64,000 nt of DNA, from the IMG/VR virus record IMGVR_UViG_3300036712_000025. One strand, 5' to 3'. This document shows positions 47,080 to 55,166 of this stretch, piece by piece; the stretch's first letter is position 1, and every line of letters starts with the position of its first letter. The notes under the pieces were generated by a model. It ran no database searches and was not told where the DNA came from. It saw only the letters and a program-made list of their open reading frames with translations. The translations under genes were made by a program, and so were the position numbers. Source of the DNA: an uncultured virus (IMG/VR IMGVR_UViG_3300036712_000025). Its lineage: Duplodnaviria; Heunggongvirae; Uroviricota; Caudoviricetes.

Positions 47080-47594
47080 AGTTCATCCACATTCTGTTAG
47101 TCTTGGCTATCTGGCTCTGGCCGGCGGCGGGGCAGAGCCAGTGCGTCAAGCAGATCTACACGGACCCGAAGGTGGAGCCGAACTACGACTGTCCCGGCCC
47201 GGGGGAGGATGCTCTGGTGCCGCGGCTCGAGCTCAAGACCTCGGTGGAGCTGAAGGTGAAGCAGCCTGCTCCCTGGGACGGCATCCTGATGGGGAAGAAC
47301 CGGGTACTGACCCTGGGCCTCCGCATCAAGGCGCTCCGACGGATCCGCTGGCAGGAGACGGTCGGCTTCAAGGAGCGGCTGGAGGCAGAGAAGAAGTTGG
47401 ACGCCTCCATGTACCAGGCCACGATCAACCTACGCACCAGCCAGCGTGACAACTACAAAAACCAGGTCGTGGAGGCCCGAAAAGAGATCGATCGGCTATC
47501 GAAATGGTACCGCTCCCCCACGTTCTGGTTCGCCACCGGCTTCATCACGGCCGCAGCTGGCGCTACGGCCCTCGCCTTCGGGTTGAGGGACTAA
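47076..47594 (+). CDS. Signal-peptide protein with coiled coil and C-terminal TM (spanin-like)
   Basis: AGGAG RBS, ATGA overlap; MKFIHILLVLAIWLWPAAG; C-terminal WYRSPTFWFATGFITAAAGATALAF. Confidence 0.65.
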   Translation: MKFIHILLVLAIWLWPAAGQSQCVKQIYTDPKVEPNYDCPGPGEDALVPRLELKTSVELKVKQPAPWDGILMGKNRVLTLGLRIKALRRIRWQETVGFKERLEAEKKLDASMYQATINLRTSQRDNYKNQVVEARKEIDRLSKWYRSPTFWFATGFITAAAGATALAFGLRD

Positions 47595-47612
47595 GGAAAG
47601 GCCCGAAGGCCC

Positions 47613-47813
47613 CTAGAGGGAGGCGGACAGGAGGAGGTCGATGGCCTCCTCCTTGTCCTGGACAGCCTCGGGATCTACATCGATCACCACGTTGGCGATC
47701 AGATCCCTCAGCTCAGGCAGGGACAACGAGTGCAGTGTCTCGTCGTCTATGGTGAGCAAGTCGCCCGGGAGCGGGGGCAGGGGGAGCCGCGGGTCGCGGT
47801 CCCCTACTCCTCG
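47613..47813 (-). CDS. -1 frameshift extension (66 aa, HeH/Rho-N-like) of the 47804..48316 protein
   Basis: Open -1 frame after G GGA AAC; no convincing start of its own; LHSLSLPELRDL...KEEAIDLLL. Confidence 0.65.
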   Translation of the reverse strand, partial: RGVGDRDPRLPLPPLPGDLLTIDDETLHSLSLPELRDLIANVVIDVDPEAVQDKEEAIDLLLSASL

Positions 47814-47819
47814 TTTCCC
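47781..47819 (-). promoter_or_regulatory. Programmed -1 ribosomal frameshift signal
   Basis: Heptamer G GGA AAC (47819-47813) in X XXY YYZ register; GC hairpin at 47804-47781 starting 8 nt downstream. Confidence 0.7.
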
Positions 47820-48316
47820 TGGGCCTCCCACTCTTCGTCGAGCTCCTTGAGGCGGTCGTCCAGCGCGTCCGGCTCGTCAACCGCCTTGTAGATGTCGGTC
47901 GCCAGGCCGAACAGGATGAACTGCTGCCGCTGGATCTCCACCTGGTTCTCGAGGACACCCTCGAGCAGCTCCTTGACCTCGGTGTGGTTCTCGTCCACGC
48001 CTTTACCCACCGCCTCGACGAGACCGGAGAGGTCCCCGCTGGTGGCCGGAGCGTCATCCTCCTTCGGGGCGCGCTTGCCACGCCCGGAGGTGGTCTTGCT
48101 CCCGCCCTTGCCCGAGCGGGAGCGGGTCTGCTTCGGCGGCTCGCCGTTGCCTCCGCCGCCCTCCTGCGCATCCATGATGCGCCCGATGAGATCGGCGCTC
48201 TTGGAGTTGGATGCCTCCTTGTTGTCGATTCCCAGGACCTCCCGGGCGGCCCGCCGGAGCAGGACCCGAGACATCCCCTTCAGCTCTTTCTCGGTGTAGG
48301 TTGTCGTGTCAGACAT
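47804..48316 (-). CDS. Hypothetical protein (helical N-domain, basic linker, acidic coiled coil)
   Basis: GAAGGAAG RBS and ATG at 48316 (MSDTTTY...). Confidence 0.8.
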   Translation of the reverse strand: MSDTTTYTEKELKGMSRVLLRRAAREVLGIDNKEASNSKSADLIGRIMDAQEGGGGNGEPPKQTRSRSGKGGSKTTSGRGKRAPKEDDAPATSGDLSGLVEAVGKGVDENHTEVKELLEGVLENQVEIQRQQFILFGLATDIYKAVDEPDALDDRLKELDEEWEAQGNEE

Positions 48317-48554
48317 GTCTCTTCCTTCGTCTAGGTTTCGGCCGGGCACTGCGTTTCTTTGTGGCTGGGATCTCGTACCGCAGTGCCCACGGCCCGAGAT
48401 CCCGCGTGATCACGTGTCGAGCTGCCAGCTCTTCCACGTCGGCTTGTTTGTACAGCGAGCAGCTGTAGTGGTCGATGATCTTCTGCTCGGTCACCTCCTT
48501 GCAGTCTGAGAGGTGTTTGCACCACGAGCACTCCGGTTCGAGCGGTTTCGTCAT
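48309..48554 (-). CDS. Small Cys-rich protein
   Basis: CSWCKHLSDC...C; overlaps neighbours by a few nt. Confidence 0.7.
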   Translation of the reverse strand: MTKPLEPECSWCKHLSDCKEVTEQKIIDHYSCSLYKQADVEELAARHVITRDLGPWALRYEIPATKKRSARPKPRRRKRHV

Positions 48555-48889
48555 CCCCCACCGTTCTTCACCTTCTCCAGCAGGTGAGGTTCACATTCCT
48601 CTACCGCACAGGCGACAGCGCGTCCGGCAGGACAGTCCCAGCAGGCGTAGTTCTCGTCAGAGCACTTCAGCTGGTGGTAGACCTCCGGCCACTCCTCCTT
48701 CATCCGCATCATGCCCTCACGCTCGTCGTCTGCTGGGTCGGCGGAGAAATCGGAAGCTTCCTTCCGTCCCTCCAGCAGGTCGATCAGACCCTCCCGACCG
48801 ATCCCCCGATGCGCCGACAGTGCCCCGTTCTGGCGGGCTAGCTCCGCCAGCTCGGTGAGATTCAGATCTGCGTAGTTGTAGCGAGTCAT
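48551..48889 (-). CDS. HeH-like N-domain plus Cys-cluster protein
   Basis: AAAGGAGG RBS; LNLTELAELARQ...REGLIDLL; C...CWDC...C. Confidence 0.75.
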   Translation of the reverse strand: MTRYNYADLNLTELAELARQNGALSAHRGIGREGLIDLLEGRKEASDFSADPADDEREGMMRMKEEWPEVYHQLKCSDENYACWDCPAGRAVACAVEECEPHLLEKVKNGGG

Positions 48890-49340
48890 AGTCCTCCTTT
48901 GTCAGTCCCACCTCCTCTTCAGGGACTCTCCGCAGGATGACGTAGAGTCCAGGGTTGTCGGGGTCGCAGTGTTTCTCCAGGATGATGCGGAAGTTGTGAC
49001 GGTCATCCACGCCTACTCCATCCGCAGCGGTGTCTTCGATCAGCTTGACCCGATTGGTAGTGTCCACCTTCTTGTAGCGGCGCTCTGCTTTGCCGGGCCA
49101 GCCCTTGTTGTAGATCTTCTCGAAGAAGACCGCGATCGTGAGCACGTATGGCACGTCCTCCTTCAGGTTCAGGAGAGCCCCCCGGCCCTCCTTCTGGATG
49201 ACCTTCATAGCCCGGATCTTGAACTTCCGGGCTTCCTGGGTCAGCCGCTTGCCGCGAGGCTTCCCCTGTACCCACACCGGCTCGTAGATCTTGTTCGAGC
49301 TGGGAGGCAGGAACGGTATCCACACCCTGAGATCGCTCAT
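48717..49340 (-). CDS. rusA: RusA-family Holliday junction resolvase
   Basis: PPSSN; DTTNRVKLIED...GVDDR matches the RusA D-x-D/T-N-x-x-K-x-x-x-D...DD pattern. Confidence 0.75.
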   Translation of the reverse strand: MSDLRVWIPFLPPSSNKIYEPVWVQGKPRGKRLTQEARKFKIRAMKVIQKEGRGALLNLKEDVPYVLTIAVFFEKIYNKGWPGKAERRYKKVDTTNRVKLIEDTAADGVGVDDRHNFRIILEKHCDPDNPGLYVILRRVPEEEVGLTKEDYDSLQLRRSESHRAGGASPPERGTVGASGDRSGGSDRPAGGTEGSFRFLRRPSRRRA

Positions 49341-49951
49341 CGGCGCCGCCCCTTCCGGAAGGTGTCCAGGACACCCCCTTCCCGCCGGCCAGAACGGAAG
49401 GTCTGGGCAGTCTGCTCAGCCCTACCCTTCCGGCTGACGGCTACCCCACGGCCCTCTGCCCCGACCCTGCTCTCCAGCACCGTGGCGGCGCGGGAGATGG
49501 TCTCGATGTCCCGCTTCAACCCCTCCACGATCCCCACGAGCAGCCGGTACTTGGTGTCGCAGTAGTTGTAGTTGGCGACGACCCGGACGTAGCGGGCATC
49601 CGTCCGAACGGAGTCGTCCTTGTCGGAGACGGTACCGGTCTTCAGCTTCCGGATGATCGCCCAGGCGGTGGTCTTCTTCTCCTCTGCCGTGTTGCGTGCA
49701 CCCTCTGCCAGCTTCAGCTGACCGATTGCGTAGCCGTACCACTCCGTGAACTGTCCGATCAGCCGCTGCAGCTCCTGGAAGCCGGGGCGGCTGAGGTCTT
49801 CCGGCATCTTGGGAAAATCGGAGAACTCTCCCCGATGGCTCGGCCTGGTAGCGACGTTGAGTCCCATGTTGATGACGTCGGCTTCGGCCTTGTCCAGGGA
49901 CTCATCCAGCATGTTGAGTGCGTCGTCGTAGCGTACCTCGAATGATGGCAT
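49337..49951 (-). CDS. Coiled-coil protein, possibly UvsY-like recombination mediator
   Basis: Long helices with TVSDKDDSVRTDARY...ISR; located near recA. Confidence 0.5.
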   Translation of the reverse strand: MPSFEVRYDDALNMLDESLDKAEADVINMGLNVATRPSHRGEFSDFPKMPEDLSRPGFQELQRLIGQFTEWYGYAIGQLKLAEGARNTAEEKKTTAWAIIRKLKTGTVSDKDDSVRTDARYVRVVANYNYCDTKYRLLVGIVEGLKRDIETISRAATVLESRVGAEGRGVAVSRKGRAEQTAQTFRSGRREGGVLDTFRKGRRR

Positions 49952-50823
49952 CAGCCCCTCCTTCGAGAGCGGAACGAGGACTCAGCCTTGGCTTGGGCCG
50001 CCCTGCTCCGGCGTGGTGGTTTGCAGATCTTCTTGTACTTGCAGTTGTTGCAGTGCCAGCCGTGCTCTTGCTCCGGAGGCTCCTCGTTCATGGCGCACTC
50101 CCGGACGTAGTCCAGCTTGTCCACGATGGCCTCCCAACGACGCTCGTCGTAGACCTGGACGAACTCGGCGATGCTGCTGTCGTTCTTGTTGTAGTAGAGG
50201 AACACGATGATCGGGACGTTCAAGCACTTCTGGTAGATCGTCCCCTGGATCGTGTGCTCCGGGTGCGGCCCGCGCGTCTTCTGGTAGCCCGCATCGTTGA
50301 TGGTCTTGATCTCCAGGAGGAATCGGACCTTGTCCTTGCCTTCCACCACCAGGTTGTCCCCGTCTGTGTGGCCGGAGATGTCCATCTGGTCGGCGATCTC
50401 GTTGGTGTTTGGGTTGATGTCCACCTCTGGGGTGAACTGGTAGGCGCCGTCGCTCCGTTCAGCCACCTTCGCCAGGTAGGCCTGGAGCTGGGCATGCACG
50501 GCAGTTCCCGTGTCCAGGATGCGCCGGATGCGGGGATCCCACGCCCCCTCAGATTCGGCTTCGGTGATGTCGTAGTAGAGCTGCCGGGCGCACCCAATGG
50601 AGTACTTCCCGCAGCGCGACTTCCCCGTGCTGTTGCCAATCGTAGAGGCGTGGAAGACCCCAGTCCGACGACCCAAGTCGCCAAGCTGGAAGTCGGTGGA
50701 CAAGGAGATCTTCTCCGTGTTCATGTCCTCCAGCAGCGACTCGATCAGGGCAGCCACCGTGGCCAGCTTCACCAACCGCTTCGGCGCCTTCTTGAGGTGC
50801 TCTATCTTTGTCAGTTCAGCCAC
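49951..50823 (-). CDS. Cas4-like PD-(D/E)xK exonuclease with Fe-S cysteines
   Basis: CARQLYY, GTAVH, SGHTDG, LEIKT, Q...Y, CNNCKYKKIC; likely GTG start at 50823. Confidence 0.8.
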   Translation of the reverse strand: MAELTKIEHLKKAPKRLVKLATVAALIESLLEDMNTEKISLSTDFQLGDLGRRTGVFHASTIGNSTGKSRCGKYSIGCARQLYYDITEAESEGAWDPRIRRILDTGTAVHAQLQAYLAKVAERSDGAYQFTPEVDINPNTNEIADQMDISGHTDGDNLVVEGKDKVRFLLEIKTINDAGYQKTRGPHPEHTIQGTIYQKCLNVPIIVFLYYNKNDSSIAEFVQVYDERRWEAIVDKLDYVRECAMNEEPPEQEHGWHCNNCKYKKICKPPRRSRAAQAKAESSFRSRRRG

Positions 50824-51337
50824 GTAGCTTCTCCACCATCTCGAGGAACAGTTCATACGGCACGACCGCAAATTTGCGCTTGAGCCGCCGGAAGTTGATG
50901 ATGAGCGCAGGCCACTCCGCAGCCATGTTGGCGTGGCGGATCACAGTGTTCAGTGCTTCCACCGTGAGCCTCCAGCCCTTCACGCTATCGGTGTACTTGT
51001 GCTCGATACGCCACTCGTCGACCTTCCGGATGTCCGACTTGGCGTCTTGGTTCCCTGAGCCTGGCTGGACCTTGCCGCCGATGTCCTCGGCCACGCCCCT
51101 CTCGAGCTCCCGGGAGATCTTGATCCGCCGCTGGCGGGCCTTCTTACTGGTGGTGGACTGCTTGCGTGGGCTGAACTTGATCGCAAAGCCCTCGTCTTGG
51201 CACTTGTCGCAGAGCCGGAACTCTTGGAGCTGAATCTCTCCCTGCCGCAGCGAGTACCGGGTAGTCTCCCGGACACGCCCGCAGTTGGAACAGCTCTCAC
51301 CGAATCCCAGGTAGTGAATCGCCAGCTCGAACATCAC
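50816..51337 (-). CDS. Hjc-like PD-(D/E)xK nuclease with N-terminal Zn finger
   Basis: CSNC...CDKC; SRELE...PGSG...KSDI...IEHK. Confidence 0.7.
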   Translation of the reverse strand: MMFELAIHYLGFGESCSNCGRVRETTRYSLRQGEIQLQEFRLCDKCQDEGFAIKFSPRKQSTTSKKARQRRIKISRELERGVAEDIGGKVQPGSGNQDAKSDIRKVDEWRIEHKYTDSVKGWRLTVEALNTVIRHANMAAEWPALIINFRRLKRKFAVVPYELFLEMVEKLRG

Positions 51338-52650
51338 TCCACGTCCCGGTGCCGCACCTGCATCAGGTCAGCGTGAGCGAGTAGCCCACGCCAGATGATG
51401 TTCTTGACCTCGGCCTCTTCGGCGATGGCGTCCAGCAGCTCCCGCTTGCCGGAGTACTTCAGGGTCTCCCCGTCATCTCGATCGATGTAGTAGATCGAGC
51501 CACCACGCCTGATGATGCCGGCAGCGGTCCCGGTGGTGAGGAAGTTGTGGTCCACGTCCACCTCGGGTGGCCCGAAGTAGTAGCGGAACGATCCCTTCTT
51601 CCCCTCGTGTGTCCCGGCCTTCCCCTTGGTGATCTCGTAGTTGATCTCCTTCCCGAGCTTCACCTTCCCATCCGGGGACATGATCCTCTCACCGGGGCGG
51701 AGCTGGATGTCGACCAGCTTGCCGTGCTTCAGCGCCCAAGCCCCACCCACCTTGAACTCAGGCGAGCGCATGTTGCGGCGGTTGAGGTTGGCGCGCACCT
51801 GGCGGATCCCGATGACCGTGGTCTCGTTCTCCTCCAGGTAGGGCTTCTTCCCCTTCCACCCGCACTTCTTGTCGGAGCAGTAGTAGCTGTAGTTGCCGGT
51901 CTGGAACTTCTTGAAGTCCCAGTCGAGGTTGTAGCAGTCGGGACACCGCTTGCGGGGAGTGAGGGCGCCCTGCACCTTCTTCATCCAGCGTGTCTGGATG
52001 CCAGAGGCGCTGGCCACCTTGGCGTCATCCGCCAGGTCCTTCTCCTCCTCCGGTGCTGTGAGCATGCTGTCCCAGGAGTCGATGATCCCCAGCTGGTAGG
52101 AGTTGGAGCGGATCATCTCCACGACTGCATCGAGGTTGGCCTCGGCCGGCCCACGCAGGATGTGGAACGTACCCAGTCCGGTGTTGTCCTGCATCTCGGC
52201 GATCTCCGCCTTGGTGAGCAGCTCCTCGCCCTTCTCCTGCCGCCGGCGCTGCTCCACGTCGATCTCGTAGTTCGACAGGGGTACCTTGAAGCCGTGGTAG
52301 CGGGCATAGGCCTTGTCGAAGGGGAACTCCATGCAGAGCATGAAGACGTTGGTATCGTCCCCGTAGAGACGCTGTACCTGACCGGCGTAGCGATACGCCA
52401 GCATGTTCTTGCCAGAGCCGTCCGGGCCGTCGATCTGGGACAGGCCGCCAGCGGGGAGACCGCCACCGGTGTCGATGTCCAGTGAGGGGATCCCACAGGG
52501 CCGTCGAAGATCGAACCGCCCTTCCAGCTCGTGACCGCGTTGGATGACCACGCCGTGGCTGCCTAGCTCCGCCTGGATTGCCTCCAGGAGGGCGTCGGTG
52601 TCGGCGCGGGGAGGTCTTGTCAGTTTCTTGGGTCTACTCTTTTTTGCCAT
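51334..52650 (-). CDS. recA: RecA/UvsX-family recombinase with insertions
   Basis: GIPSLDIDTGGGLPAG, Walker A GPDGSGKN, IIDSW, IRQVR, GAWALKH. Confidence 0.85.
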   Translation of the reverse strand: MAKKSRPKKLTRPPRADTDALLEAIQAELGSHGVVIQRGHELEGRFDLRRPCGIPSLDIDTGGGLPAGGLSQIDGPDGSGKNMLAYRYAGQVQRLYGDDTNVFMLCMEFPFDKAYARYHGFKVPLSNYEIDVEQRRRQEKGEELLTKAEIAEMQDNTGLGTFHILRGPAEANLDAVVEMIRSNSYQLGIIDSWDSMLTAPEEEKDLADDAKVASASGIQTRWMKKVQGALTPRKRCPDCYNLDWDFKKFQTGNYSYYCSDKKCGWKGKKPYLEENETTVIGIRQVRANLNRRNMRSPEFKVGGAWALKHGKLVDIQLRPGERIMSPDGKVKLGKEINYEITKGKAGTHEGKKGSFRYYFGPPEVDVDHNFLTTGTAAGIIRRGGSIYYIDRDDGETLKYSGKRELLDAIAEEAEVKNIIWRGLLAHADLMQVRHRDVE

Positions 52651-52801
52651 CTCCTTCGTCTGGTCTCCTCTCGTACGGCTCCGAACCCTTCTCGGGGTCC
52701 AGCGGTATGTTGGTGTCTGGGTGCGGGTCCTTATTCCCCGCTCCCGCCCTCTTTTCCTTGGGTACCTTCTTCGGATCGATCTCGACTCCGTACTTTTCCA
52801 T
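52634..52801 (-). CDS. 55-aa protein missed by the ORF track (MEKYGVEIDPKKVPKEKRAG...GSEPYE...)
   Basis: AAAGGAG RBS, ATG at 52801, TAG at 52634; bridges the HU-recA gap. Confidence 0.65.
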   Translation of the reverse strand: MEKYGVEIDPKKVPKEKRAGAGNKDPHPDTNIPLDPEKGSEPYERRPDEGDGKKE

Positions 52802-53147
52802 GCCTCTTCTCCTTTCGTGGGAGCCCGAATCTGAGCTCCAGGTTCTCCTCCTTGAATAGCGTAATCGAGGCCTGGACGATAGCTTTGAGATCGTCCGATG
52901 GTATGAAACGCACGCGCCGGGTGGCTGGAACTATCATTGGCTTCGCCCCGTTCGTGCGTGGGTCTCGCGCAACCCGCGCCTTGGCCGGGCAGTTCTGGAG
53001 CTTGCCCAGGCCGTAGATGTGTACATCCCGGCCATCGCCCAGGGCCTTCCTGACGTGCTTGGCGAACAGCCTCAAGATCTTCCTGATCTCTCGGCGTGTG
53101 TACTTCGTCTCGTCCGACAAGACGCTGATCAGTTCCTGGTACTCCAT
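52731..53147 (-). CDS. HU/IHF-family DNA-binding protein
   Basis: ELISVLS...VHIYGLGKL...ARVARDPRT...VPATRRVRFIPSDDLK; ATG at 53147. Confidence 0.85.
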   Translation of the reverse strand: MEYQELISVLSDETKYTRREIRKILRLFAKHVRKALGDGRDVHIYGLGKLQNCPAKARVARDPRTNGAKPMIVPATRRVRFIPSDDLKAIVQASITLFKEENLELRFGLPRKEKRHGKVRSRDRSEEGTQGKEGGSGE

Positions 53148-53148
53148 A

Positions 53149-55116
53149 CTACGCCTTCGCAGACGACCACGAGTAGCCCATGCCACCGTCCACCGCGAGT
53201 GGGACGGACAGGTCATCCCCGAAAGGATGCTCCATCAGGTCGCAGATGATCGGCATGGCCTCTTCGGCATGCTCTTCAGGAACCTCGAAGAGCAGCTCGT
53301 CGTGGACCTGCAGCAGCTGCTGGACACCCAGAGCTCGCAGGCGCTCGTCGAACTCGCACTTGATCATAGCCATCTTGGCCACGTCTGCCGCGCTACCCTG
53401 GATGACCGAGTTGACAGACTGCCGCTCGGCCCTGGCGAGGTTAGCCTTCGCCGTGCCCGGCAACTTCCACCGGGTCATCTTGTCCAGCATCTGACCGATG
53501 GCCACCATCTCGTGGAAGCGGCGGGGCCGACCGATGATCGTCTCCACCATGGCATGATCCAGGATGTAGGCGTGGACACCATCGATGAACTCGCCGACCT
53601 TGGGATAGGGCTCGAAGTACTGCTTCATCAGCGCCTTTGCCTTGTCCACGCTCACGCCGAGGGTCTTGCCCAGCTTCTGCGGACCCTCACCGTAGTTCAG
53701 GCCGAAGCCGATGCTCTTGGCCGCCTGGCGGTCGAAGCACATCTGCTTCTCGTCCTTGGTCAGGACAATGCCCCCGTCCTTGGCCGCGGCTTTCTTCTTC
53801 TTGAGGGCGGCTATGATGTCGTCGTACCTGTGCCCGAACATCAGGGCAGCGGTCCCGGTGTGGATGTCCTGACCCTTGTTGATCACGTCGATCATGTTGG
53901 GGTCGCCCGAGTAGTGGGCCATCAGGCGCATCTCGAGCTGCTCGTAGTCGACTACGATCAAGATATGATCGGTCTTGGGCATGAACACGGACCGGATGCC
54001 GAACTTGTCACCACCGGGCCGCGGGATGTTCTGGAGGTTGGGATCAACGGAGCTGAGGCGCCCGGTGACCGTGACGTGCTGGGTGAGCGTCGGGTGGATA
54101 CGCAGATCGTTGTCCACCCACTTCCTCAGACCGTCCACGTAGGTGCCCTTCATCTTGGTCAGGCCCCGGATCTGGAGGATGATGTCAGCCGCCTCAACGC
54201 CGTCCTCGGCGAACCGCTTGAGCGTCTCCTCATCGGTGGAGGGCTGGCGGTTGCCGCTGGTCCCGCCGGAGGTCATCTTGATGGGCTCCACGCCCAGCTT
54301 GTCGAAGAGCAGGACTCGCAGCTGCGGGGTGCTCCGTGGGTTGACCTCTCGGCCGGCGATCTTGTTCAGCTCCTTCTGGAGATCGTCGATGTCGGTCTGG
54401 ATCTTGGGCGAGAGTTCGTCCAGGTAGCCCACATCCACCATGATGCCGCGCCGGCAGAGGTGGTGAAGCACCCTGGTGAAGGGCATCTCGACGTCACAGA
54501 AGTAGTCCCAGAGGCACATCCCGTCCATGCTGTGCTGCCTGGACAGCTGGTCCTCGAGGTACTTGTAGACGCGGAAGGTGGCCCAGGCGTCGAGCGAGGC
54601 GTAGGACGTCGCGCTCTCGAACTCGTCCCGCATGGCCCGCATGAGCCGTTCCTGGTAGGTCTCCCCCTTCTTCTTGCCCTTGAACGCCTCCTTGAACTCA
54701 CGCATGTTCAGGCCCAGGTGATCGAGGGCCGTCTCCTTCAGGCCGTGCCGGCCCTGGCGGTTCTCGTCGTAGAGCCAGTCCATGGCCAGTGTGCAGAAGG
54801 AGTCCCCCTTGGGGACGCGCACACCGGAGTTCTCCATCATGGAGAAGTCGAAGGTCTGGTTGGTGTAGTACCACCGGATGTCGGAGAGCTGTGATAGCTC
54901 GGCGTCGTAGAGGGCGAGCATCTCCCTGGAGAAGCAGTAGCGCGTATCCAGGTCCGGGCACGCTGACCAGAACAGGACATGATCTCTGGCCCGGTCGAGA
55001 CCGGTGGTCTCTGTGTCCATCGCGCACTCTTTGGTGTCCTCGACGTGGCGGACGAACTTCATGAAGTCTTCGCCGTTGTCCACCCACGTCACGGGTGGGA
55101 CGTACTGAATAGGCAT
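53149..55116 (-). CDS. polA: Family A DNA polymerase (3'-5' exonuclease plus polymerase, no 5'-3' exonuclease)
   Basis: DTETTG, TGRLSSVDPNLQNIP, DYEQLEMR, RQAAKSIGFGLNYG, QVHDEL. Confidence 0.95.
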   Translation of the reverse strand: MPIQYVPPVTWVDNGEDFMKFVRHVEDTKECAMDTETTGLDRARDHVLFWSACPDLDTRYCFSREMLALYDAELSQLSDIRWYYTNQTFDFSMMENSGVRVPKGDSFCTLAMDWLYDENRQGRHGLKETALDHLGLNMREFKEAFKGKKKGETYQERLMRAMRDEFESATSYASLDAWATFRVYKYLEDQLSRQHSMDGMCLWDYFCDVEMPFTRVLHHLCRRGIMVDVGYLDELSPKIQTDIDDLQKELNKIAGREVNPRSTPQLRVLLFDKLGVEPIKMTSGGTSGNRQPSTDEETLKRFAEDGVEAADIILQIRGLTKMKGTYVDGLRKWVDNDLRIHPTLTQHVTVTGRLSSVDPNLQNIPRPGGDKFGIRSVFMPKTDHILIVVDYEQLEMRLMAHYSGDPNMIDVINKGQDIHTGTAALMFGHRYDDIIAALKKKKAAAKDGGIVLTKDEKQMCFDRQAAKSIGFGLNYGEGPQKLGKTLGVSVDKAKALMKQYFEPYPKVGEFIDGVHAYILDHAMVETIIGRPRRFHEMVAIGQMLDKMTRWKLPGTAKANLARAERQSVNSVIQGSAADVAKMAMIKCEFDERLRALGVQQLLQVHDELLFEVPEEHAEEAMPIICDLMEHPFGDDLSVPLAVDGGMGYSWSSAKA

Positions 55117-55127
55117 GGGTCCTCCAC

Positions 55128-55159
55128 AAAAATGCCCCCTCCCCCGGAGGGGAGGGGGC
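55128..55159 (-). terminator. Intrinsic terminator between SSB and polymerase genes
   Basis: GCCCCCTCCCC-TCCG-GGGGAGGGGGC (11-bp stem, UNCG loop) followed by ATTTTT on the - strand. Confidence 0.75.
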
Positions 55160-55166
55160 TGTCGAA

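Noticed and set aside
47595..47612. Bidirectional terminator at the convergence of the two arms
   Set aside because: Only a 4-bp GGCC stem and no U-tract.
48717..48889. C-terminal tail of RusA overlapping the next gene by 173 nt
   Set aside because: Low-complexity run-on beyond the RusA domain; no sign of a functional dual-coding region.
49951..50823. Cas4-like gene as evidence of CRISPR-Cas
   Set aside because: No array or other cas genes seen; stand-alone Cas4-like exonucleases are common in phage recombination modules.
53017..54894. 625-aa + strand ORF
   Set aside because: Antisense shadow of the DNA polymerase gene.
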